DNA of 64,000 nucleotides from Torpedo marmorata (taxonomy: Eukaryota): contig OZ360219.1 of assembly GCA_977017645.1 (NCBI GenBank), forward strand, positions 266,414,001 to 266,478,000, in the 5' to 3' direction. Both the position numbers and the translations under genes were made by a program. Below the pieces are notes generated by a model. The model had not been told where the DNA came from, did not search any database, and saw only the letters and a program-made list of their open reading frames with translations. Positions within the stretch are counted from its first letter, which is position 1. Every line of letters starts with the position of its first letter. Positions 49,560 through 59,907 of this stretch are shown piece after piece.

Positions 49560-50482
49560 GATGCATCCAATTCAGCATTTGCTAATTCATCAATTGTTAG
49601 GCAATGGCTCTTTTGAGTCTGGTTCCTTTTCTTAATACGATTAAAAAGCATAGTTTTTAATCTAAGAATCCATGCTACTGCCTTTTTCAAACGAAACCAT
49701 GAAGAGTGGCTGCAAATTAATTGAGTAATTGGATCATTTTCATTAGATATTTGAATAGTATTTACATTAGTGCTTTGGATTTCAGGATCCTCCATTGAAA
49801 TTACTTTTAAATCTTCCGGATTTAGAGGCCATTCTTCTTGAGATCGCGAAAGGAATTGAGGACTGAACACGCAAGTGTTGGTTTTTTTCAGAAAAGATTG
49901 AACTTTTAATCTTCGTGAAGTCATATCAGCTGTATTATCCACTGATTTAACATATCTCCATTGATTAGAATGAGAAACCTTTCCAATTTCATTAATTCTG
50001 TTAGCCACAAAGGTACGAAACCTTGTGGTTTTGTTATTAATGTATTTAAGTGCTGATGTACTATCAGTCCAAAGCATAGAGTCTGCTAACTCCATCTGTA
50101 ATTCTCTTCTTAACATAGTGTTCATTTTGCTTGCTATAGTAGCGGCAGTCAATTCCATACGAGGTATGGTGACTGGCTTTAATGGAGCCACTCTGGCTTT
50201 TCCCATAGCGTTACAACATCCTCTCAGAAAGAGTGCATATGCTTTTAAAGCTTTTGTGTCTTCTGATTTTATTGCTGACCAAGATAGAATCTTGTCTATG
50301 TGGGCCCTTGCAATTTTATGTTCATTGCCATAATGATGTTGCAAAAATTATTTTGCCCTTTTAAACACTTGTTCTGGATTCATATATTAGCAACTTTCTT
50401 TCTGCTTCAGGAATAACAGCCAACACATCTCGACTGTTGCTAATCCATTTTGTAAGGATGAAACCTCCTTTATTACAGATCT
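49560..50482 (-). mobile_element. BEL/Pao LTR-retrotransposon fragment with rearranged domain order
   Basis: RT end (ICNKGGFILTKWISNSRDVL), Gag (HYGNEHKIA...LFLRGCCNAM) and RNase H (KARVAPLKPVTIPRMELTAA, WTDS, FVANR, WRYV...NTAD.TSR). Confidence 0.88.
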
Positions 50483-53400
50483 ACTAGAATCCCTGAAAAG
50501 GCTGAGGACCCTGTGATATCTGTCTCTGAGGGCGACGTCAGAACATCATTCAAGAGGGTGAACCCTCGCAAGGCGTCAGGTCCTGACGGCGTACCTAGCA
50601 GGGTACTGTGAATTTGCGCCAACCAACTAGCCGAGTGTTCATGGACATTTTCAACCTCTCATTGCGCCAGTCAGAGGTTCCCACCTGCTTCAAAAGGGCA
50701 TCAATCATCCCGGTACCCAAGAAGAGTAGTGTGGTCTGCCTCAACAACTACCACCCAGTAGCACTAACTTCTACTGTGATGATATGCTTTGAGAGGCTGG
50801 TCATGGCCAGAATTAACATGTACCTAAGCAAAGATCTGGACCCACTGCAATTCGCCTATCGTCACAATCGCTCCACAGCAGATGCAATATCGCTGGCTCT
50901 CTACTCAGCTCTGGATCACCTCTAAAACAGCAATTCATATATACGGCTGCTCTTCATCGACTACAGCTCGGCCTTCAATACCATTATTCCCTCAGTGCTG
51001 GTCAAGAAGCTACAAACTCGAGAGGGACGTCACGTGATGCCGTAGGGTTAGGACGCAGTAACCCAACCCTCCTGGAAATTAAAAAAAAAGTGCCGATTAA
51101 AAAACGTTTTAAAAAGTTTTAAATTCTTTTAAAAAGTGTCTAATCATTAGTAAAAAAGTAATAATGCTTTTAAAAAAAAATCAGCCACAGCCTTACCTAG
51201 AGCTCAACGCAAGGAGAAGACTCAGACTGAAAAAAGGCCTCGACACCGGGGAGCTTGAGTTCAAACAGATCCCCTCCCTACTGCTGGCAGGGACCACTGG
51301 TTACATACCTCCGGCGACGGGAACATGGCGTCGAGGAAGAAGTCGGGTCAGCAACGCGCATGCGCGGAACTCCGGAGCTTTCACCAGAGTCTGCAACATC
51401 GGGACAAGAAGATACAAGCCATTCTGACACAGATGATGAAGTAAAAGAGCTTGAAATTGAAGTCTTACAATGACAACAAGAAGAGCAAACATCGTCAGCT
51501 GTGGAGGGAGAAGGCAAAGTAATAGGCTATACAGTCTTGGTAAGAATACTGAGTGAACTTAAAAAAATAAAGGCTGATATGAAGGATGTTAAAAAAGTGA
51601 TAAAAGATATAAAAGGCTTAAAGTTAAAAGTGGACAAAGTTGAAAAAAAAAGTTAAGAAAGTACAAGCTGATATGGAATATGCTGATGAGAGAGTGGATA
51701 AGGTGGAAAATACTACTACTGCCTTAGTAATGGAAAAATCAAAAGCTTCAACAGGAAGTGGATATATTGGAGAATTTCATTAGAAGAAATAATATAAAAA
51801 TAGTTGGTCTTAAAGAAGGAGAAGAAGGGCAAGATATGATGGCTTTTATTAAAACTTGGATACCTGATGAATGAGGTCATGATAAGTTTGAACAGTCAAT
51901 TGAAATTGAAAGAGCACACAGGGCTCTAAGAGCAAAGCCGTTACAAGATCAAAATCCGCGTTCAATTTTAATTAAATTTCTCCGTTATCAAGATAGAGAG
52001 AAAGTCTTGCAGTTGGCGATGGAACAAGAGCAAGACGTGGCCCTTTGATACATAATGATGCCAGAATTCTTTTTTATCCTGATATAAGTGCCGATTTAAT
52101 GAAGAGAAGAAAAGAATTCAACCCAGCTAAAAAGATCCTCTGCGAGAAGGGCTACAGATTTGTACTGCGACACCCTGCGACCTTGAAGCTCTTTCTAACA
52201 GACCAACAAAACAAATTCTTTACAAGTTATATCTTTGCAGAGGAATTTGCTAATGAACTTCCGCAGGTTCCGAGGAATGAAGAGGAAAATTAGAATGTGG
52301 GTTGTTACAACCACGTTTTATAAGAATTATGTTACTTATATCAGTTTGTAAACTTGGTAAAATTGATGACTGATTATTTTGTGTGTTTTTTTACTAAAAG
52401 AATATATATATATATATATAAAAAATGTTATTCCGGGGGGGTTGGGGGGGAGGATGAGGTTCTAACTACTATTGGAATCATGTGTAATTTTGCGACTTTG
52501 GTCGTGACCCGTAAAATAGAGGGGGGTAGCGCTGTATATTTAAAAAGCACTAGAGGGGATGCATTTAATTTGTTTTTATTTGTGAAAGGGGGGAAGTGTA
52601 TTCTTTAATTCTATATCTTTTCTTTTCTATTTGTATGGATTGCCGGGGGGTGGGGGGGGAACATATATTGACGCGATGGAGATTGAAGAATGAAGTAAAA
52701 GGGAGAGAGTTCGGGGTCTGGGTTGGAAGAGGTAACATTAAAAGGAATGAAATATGTAATTTAAAATGAGTAATATAGTAAGATTTTTGAACTTTAATAT
52801 TAATGGGATAAATGGACCAATTAAGAGGAAAAGAGTATTAGCGTATATTAAAAAATTGGGTGTTGATGTGGCTTTTTTACAAGAGACACATTTTACAGAG
52901 AAAGAACATTTGAAATTAAAAAGAGACTGGGTGGGATATGTAGCGGCTTCTTCATTTAATTCTAAGGCAAGAGGTATGGCAATTTTAATAAAAAAGAATC
53001 TTCCAATTATAATTCAAAATGTTGTGACGGATCCTGTAGGGAGATATGTAATGATACATTGCCAAATATATTTAGAATTTTGGACTTTTTTTGAATATAT
53101 ATGCTCCCAATGTGGATGATGATAAGTTCATTCAAGAGACTTTTCTTAATATAGCGGAAGCACATGAGAATATTATAAGACTTCAACTTTTGTTTAGATC
53201 TGGTCTTAGATAGGTCTACAAGCGGAGTGAAGAGAACTAAGGCAGCGAGAGCTACGCTGGTATTAATGAAAGACTTAAATTTAATAGATGCCTGGAGAAG
53301 AATTCATCCTAGGGATAAAGATTATTCATTTTATTCGCATAGGCATGATTCTTATTCCAGAATTGATTTATTTTTAGTTTCAGCACAACTGCAAGATAGA

Positions 53401-53628
53401 ATTCTAGAAGTAGAATATAAGGCAAGGATTTTGTCTGACCATTCACCTTTATTAATGACGATTGCCATACCTGATAAAGAAAAATCAATATATAGATGGA
53501 GATTGAATCCTTTATTATTAAAAAGAACAGATTTTTGTGATTTTATAAGGAGGCAAATTCAGATATTTTGTGAAACAAATTTAAACTCTGTGCCTGATAA
53601 ATTTGTAATATGGGAAACTTTGAAAGTA

Positions 53629-54702
53629 CCGTATTTGACGGCATATAGGACCCACTGGCATATAGGACCCCCCCATTTTTAGCGTGAGATTTCAGGAAAA
53701 AAATTGTTTTAGTGTATTTACCTTCACAGCAGCAACACGTCCTCCTGCCTGCCGCACGCCGAGGCTCAGGCTGCTTCCCCCCCACCATCCAAACGCTAAT
53801 TGATTGACAGGTGTGACAGGACCTGCAGGCGCGCGAGTGTGGGAGGGAGAGAAGCCAGGACAACAGGCAGGGCCCAGGCCCACCGTCGTGGGGAGCAGAC
53901 GATCGATCGCTTGCTTTGAGGGGAGCACTGGGCCTCGGTGATCAGGCTCCACGTTGAGCCTTTGTTCGACGTGCACGGCCCCTCGAACAGATTGTATGAG
54001 GCGCGGGTGGCAGTGAGCGAGCTGGTGGCCTGTTGAGCTGAGCTTGATAGGCTGCTCGCTCACTGCCAGCCGCCCCCGCGCCTCATTCAATTTGCTTGAG
54101 GGTCCGTGTTCGTCGAACAAAGGCTGATCATCGAGGCCCAGCGCTCTCCTCAAAGCACTGTTGGTGAGAGCGAATGGGCGAGGAGAGCGAGCGGGCGAGA
54201 GAGCGGGCGAGTGCGAGCGGGTGGGCGGGGAGAGCGAACGGGCGAGAGTGAGCGGGCGGGGAGAGAGCGGGCGAGTGCGAGCCGACAGGCGGGGAGAGCG
54301 AACGGGCGAGAGCGAACGGGCGGGGAGAGAGCGGGCGAGAGCAGGCGGGTGAGAGTGAGTGGGTGGGCGGGGAGGGAGCAGGCATGAGCGAGCGAGCGGG
54401 CAGGGAGAGCGAACGGGCGGGGAGGGAGCGGGCGAGAGCGAGCTAGCGGGCGGGTGAGGAGAGTGAACGGGAGGGAGAGAGCGAGCCTTCTTACCGGGAA
54501 AGTGAGCGGCATCGGCGGCGAGTCCGGAAAGCACGGGCCACCCAAGGGAAGATGTTTTGCAAAGCTGCGGTCCCGCTTCCTGGACTCCACTCGGTGCCCA
54601 AAATGGCGGCACCAAAATGTCACCTTCGCGTATAAGACCCGGGGTGGTTTTTGAGGTGATTTTTTTGTAAAAAAAGGGGGGTTTATATGCCGTCAAATAC
54701 GG
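53629..54702. mobile_element. Tc2/pogo-type non-autonomous element, copy 2 (1074 bp, opposite orientation)
   Basis: TIR CCGTATTTGACGGCATATA at both ends. TA TSD; removing the element restores L1 ORF2 WETLKVYLRG. Confidence 0.93.
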
Positions 54703-56708
54703 TATATTTAAGAGGTTAAATTATAAGTTATTCTTCAAAAATTAAAAAGGAATATATGAGAGAAATAGACCAATTAGAAAAAGAAATAACAATTTTAGAT
54801 AAAGATTTACAAAAGAGGAGTTCTTTAGATAAACGTAGACAACTAATTAATAAAAACAAATAATGTATTACAGACTTATAGAACGAAGAAGACTATTATA
54901 AGAACCAAGCAAAGATATTATGAGTAAGGTGAACGTTCACATAAAGTACTAGCATGGCAATTAAAAACAGAACAGGCATCAAGAACAATTAATGCAGTTA
55001 AAAGCGAGGCTAATGTTATTAGTTATAAACCCCAAATAATAAATGATTCTTTTAAATTTTTTATGTTCTGATTTATATAAATCAGAGTCTTTGCAAGATT
55101 ATAGTAAAATTGATGGATATTTATCACAGATAAATTTACCAAGATTAAATATGCAAGAGCAATTAGAATTGAGTACCCAGTTTACGCAGAAAGAAGTGAA
55201 AGATGCAATGAGTTCATTACAAAGTAATAAAGCACCAGGAGAGGATGGTTTTCCACCAGAGTTTTATAAAGAGTTTAAGGAATTATTAATTCCTGTCTTT
55301 ATGGATATATTACAGCAGGCATCTGTGACTCTCATACTCTCAGAATCTTTTTCTACAGCAATAATTACAGTAATACTAAAAAAGGATAGAGACCCATTGA
55401 AACCTTCATCAAAAAGACCAATTTCATTACTGAATGCAAACTATAAAATTGTAGTGAAAATCTTGGCCAATAGGATAACAACATTTTTGCCAAAATTAGT
55501 AAATATGGATCAAACAGGTTTTATAAAAAAAAGACAAGCAGCTGACAATGTAGCAAGGTTACTTAGTATTGTTCATTTAACTCAAAAAAGAAAAGTATTA
55601 AGTGTTGTGGTGGCATTAGATGCAGAAAAAGCTTTTGATAGATTGGAAAGGGATTTTTTGTTTAAAGTATTGGAGAAATTTGGATTTGGACAGACTTATA
55701 TAAATTGGATTAAAGCATTATATAACGCTCCAAAAGCTAAAGTAGTGACTAATGGACAAACATCAACTTCGTTCTGTTTGACAAGATCTAGTCAACAAGG
55801 GTGCCCATTGTCACCAGCTTTATTTATATTAGCTATAGAACCACTTGCAGAGGCAATTAGAAGTGACTCGGTAATTAAGTGATTTAGAGTTGGTCAAGAA
55901 CAACATAAAATCAGCTTATTTGCGGATGATGTTTTAATATATTTGACAGAGCCTGAGACCTCTTTGCAAAGATTGCATTTTAAATTGGAAGAATATGGGA
56001 AAGTTTCAGGTTATAAGATAAATTCGGATAAAAGTGAAATTATGCCTCTTACAGAGGGAGATTATACTACATGTAAAAGAAATACTCAGTTTAAATGGCC
56101 GCATAATGGGATTAAATACTTAGGGATTCGAGCAGACAATAATTTAAAAAAATTATATAAATGGAATTATCTACCATTACTTAAAAAGATTAAAGAAGAT
56201 TTGGAAAAATGGATTAAGTTACCTATTACATTGATAGGAAGAGTTAACTGTATTAAAATGAATATATTTCCAAGGATACAATATTTGTATCAAACTATAC
56301 CTATTTTACTACTGCAGGTTTTTTTCCAGGATTTAAATAAACAAGTGAGAAAATTTTTTTGGAAAGGTAAAATGTTAAGAGTCTCTATGGAACGTTTAAT
56401 ATGGAAATATGAATTGGGAGGTTTACAACTCCCTAATTTTAAAAATTATTATCGAGCGACACAAATGAGATTTGTTACTTCTTTTTTTGAAAGTGAAGGA
56501 AGACCTGCATGGGTTGGAATAGAGTTAGGAGAAATAGGAGAGAAAGTACCAGAAGAATTTATATATAAATGGAACTCAAAATTATTGATAGGAGTTAAAG
56601 AAACACCATTATTAAAACATTTGATTACTGCATGGAACAAGATTAATGATGAGATAGGGATGAAAGGAACTATATCACCTAAAACGTTATTGATACAGAA
56701 TAATCTCA

Positions 56709-57570
56709 AGATCAAAATTCAAGATTCAAGATTCAATTTATTGTCATAGCAATAAGACAGTGTCATATACCACAAAATTTCTTTTTGCCTGCTGCAATGC
56801 AGACAGATTCGCCACTGGCAGAAATTGCCTAAGCGCCTTTAACATTCCTTACAGTCAGAGAAAGAGAAGCAAAAGAGAGTCCCCCCAGAGTCACCGAGTG
56901 TCCATAGATTTGCCTCCAGCGCTTCCGCAGCCTCCGCAGCCACACAGAGTCCAGTCCAAACGATCGGCATCCCGAGCTCCAGATCCGAACCTCCAACACG
57001 GTCAGGTCGCCCTCGGCACCCCCTCACATCCCGGTTCCGATACCTGGTACTCCTCCAGCCAGTTCGAGCCAACCTCCAGCAGTCCGCAGCCCGGCATCAG
57101 TCCCCCCGACAGCAGTCTCCAGCAGCCCACAGCCTCCGCGGGTTCCTCGCCTCGAGTCGCCAGCAGCCCGCCGCATGCACTGGTCCTTCAGCCTCAGAGC
57201 CCCTCACTGGTCCGCCGCTGTGCTCACCGTACCGTGGGTCGTCTCCTCCGCTTCTCCTTCTCAGACGGGGGTGATCTTCCCGTCCACTGGTGCCCTGCTC
57301 CAGTCCTCCGCTTCCCCGGAGTCTGCAGCCCCTCGTGGCTGCTGCCGATTAATAGGCGCTGCCATCTTGGGCGCAGACCCCACGGTCGCGGGATCTCAAA
57401 TAAAACCACCGTCGGCTCCTTTAACGGGCCGTTCAAAGCCCGTGCGGAACCGACGGCAGTCGACTGGGCGGCCGGACCCCGCGGGAGCGCTGTATCTCCG
57501 CTCCCCGCGGGTCCGCACCAGCGGCAGCGCTGCCGCTATAGCGGCTCCGGCAGTGCCGCCATCCCCACGC
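56709..57570 (-). mobile_element. GC-rich non-autonomous retroposon, copy 4, inside L1 ORF2
   Basis: Removing it restores L1 QNNL|IPFT. TCTCA on both flanks (56704-08, 57571-75). (GAATCTT)n tail. Confidence 0.92.
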
Positions 57571-59907
57571 TCTCATACCCTTTACAAAAGATAATCAAAT
57601 TTTAAATATATGGTCACAGAAAGGAATAAAGAAGATAGAAGATTGTTATGAAGGGGATCAATTGATGTCGTTTGTACAGCTAAGAAACAAATATGGAATA
57701 CCGAATAATACTCTTTTTTGTTATTTTCAATTAAGAGGATATTTAAGGGAAAAATTAGGTCCGGATATGTTGTTACAAAATTGTAGTGAGGTAGAAACTC
57801 TTATTAGGAAAGGAAATATTAAAAAAATTATTTCTATAATATATTCCTTGTTACAAAGGGGAGCCTTAAAACAAGGACTTCATAAATCTCGACAGAGATG
57901 GGAACAAGATCTTAATGTTATAATTGATGAAAAAAGTTGGTCGGATTTATGTCAAGATAGCATGACCAATACTATTAATGTAAGGTATAGATTAGTACAG
58001 TATAATTTTTTACATCATTTATATCTTACACCACAAAAATTGAATAAGATAAAATCTACATTATCAAACAAGTGTTTTAGATGTGGTGAAGTAGAGGGAC
58101 CTTTTTTACATTCAACATGGTTATGCTCTAAGGTAAAAAAAAATTGGATGGAGTTAGGGAATTTGTTAAAACAAATTACAGGTGTCACATTTCCACTAAA
58201 CCTTGATTTATTTTTATTAGGGAATGTGGAAGGAACTAGACCAAAGTTGAAGTTATCAACATATCAATTGAAATTTGTAAAAATTGCTTTAGCAGTAGCA
58301 AGGTAGTCAGATACAAATTTAGGCATGGATAGATGGAATACAGAGATGCGGAGTTGTACTCCATTGGAAAAAATAACATACAATATGAGAAATAACTATG
58401 AGGTCTTCTTGCAAATTTGGCGTCCATATATCCAATCATGAGGTATGAATATTTAAATGTGTTACCCTGTTGACTCTCTCAAATTTAAATAATAAAAATA
58501 CTGTTGAATACCATGCGTTGAGCTGTGGACCCAGCGGCGATCCGTACACATGTTTTAACAAAGTAATACTACACTACCTTCTTTTTTCTTTTTTTAGTTT
58601 TTAGTAAGGGGAGGGAATTTAAAGGGAGGGAAAGGATGGAGGATGGGACAGAAACATTAAATATTAAGCACTAATTTTAACTTGAAGTGTTTGGAATATA
58701 TAAGGGGTTGGGGGGGGTTAAGGGAAGGGTTAGATACACTATGTAATACAAATATAATTATGGTTTTTATTTACTGAAATTAATAATGTATATTATTTAC
58801 GTATGTATTACTGTGTGAAAATTTAAAATTTAAAATAAAATATTCAAAAAAAAAAAATGCTACAAACTCAAGATCTCTGTACCCCACTCTGCAACTGGAT
58901 CCTTGACTTTCTCATCAGAAGACCACAGTCAGTACGAATTGGAAACAACGTCTCCTCCTCACTGATTATCAACACAGGCGCACACCAAGGATGCGTGCTT
59001 AGTCCACTGCTCTACTCGTTATACACCCATGACTGTGTGGCCAGGAACAATTCCAATGCCATCTACAAGTTTGCCGATGACACCACAGTTGTCGGCAGAA
59101 TCACAAACGGCAATGAGGAAGCGTACAGGAGGGAGATAGATCAGCTCGTTGAATGGTGTAACGACAACAACCTTGAGCTCAACGTCAGCAAAACCAAAGA
59201 GATGATTGTGGACTTCAGGAGGAAGTCAGGGGAACATGACCCAGTCCTCATCGAGGGCTCAGTAGTGGAGAGGGTCAAGAATTTCAAATTCCTGGGTGTC
59301 AGCGTCTCCGAGGATCTGTCCTGGAGTCTCCACGTTGATGCAATCACAAAGAAGGCTCGTCAGCGGCTATACCTTGTGAGGTGTCTGCGGAGATTCGGTA
59401 TTTCACCAAAGACTCTCATGAACTTCTACAGGTGTACCGTGGAGAGCATTCTGGCTGGTTACATCACTGCCTGGTATGGAGGCGCCAACTCCCAGGACAA
59501 GAGTAAACTCCAGAGGGTTGTTAACTCGGCCTGTGACATCACAGGCACCAAACTTCACTCCATCGAGGACATCTACATGAGGCGGTGTCTTAAAAAAGCA
59601 GCCTCTATCCTCAAAAACCCTACCACCCAGGCCATGCCCTCTTCACTCTGCTTCCATCGGGAAAAAGGTACAGGAGACTAAAGACGAGCACTCAACGGCA
59701 CAAGGACAGCTTCTTCCCCACTGCCATCAGATTCCTGAATAATCAATGAACCAAAGACACTGCCTTACTTTTCGTGCACTATTGTTTATAATTTTTTATA
59801 GTAATGTCGTAAGATAGTTAATATGAATGTTAATTGCACTATGATGCTGCTGCAAAACACCGAATTTCATGACTTGTTCATGACAATAAATTCTGATTCT
59901 GATTCTG

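Larger units (their letters stand above)
51020..58853 (+). mobile_element. Second full-length L1 (different subfamily, decayed) with two nested insertions
   Basis: TSD aagaaGCTACAAACTC (51004-19) / aaaatGCTACAAACTC (58854-69). ORF1 remnants (RRNNIKIVGL, FYPDIS). ORF2 pieces at 52766-53119, 53227-53628, 55043-55882, 55943-56708 and 57662-58306. Poly-A. Confidence 0.94.
50483..59907 (+). mobile_element. Rex1/Babar LINE (family A), split by an L1 into 50483-51019 and 58854-59907
   Basis: ORF 50608-50925 and ORF 58857-59681 join across the TSD. (ATTCTG)n tail at ~59890-59907. Confidence 0.93.

Noticed and set aside
56760-57605. 281-aa ORF and similar ORFs in the GC retroposon copies
   Set aside because: GC-rich sequence is open on both strands, frames are not preserved among the four copies, and no domain is recognisable.
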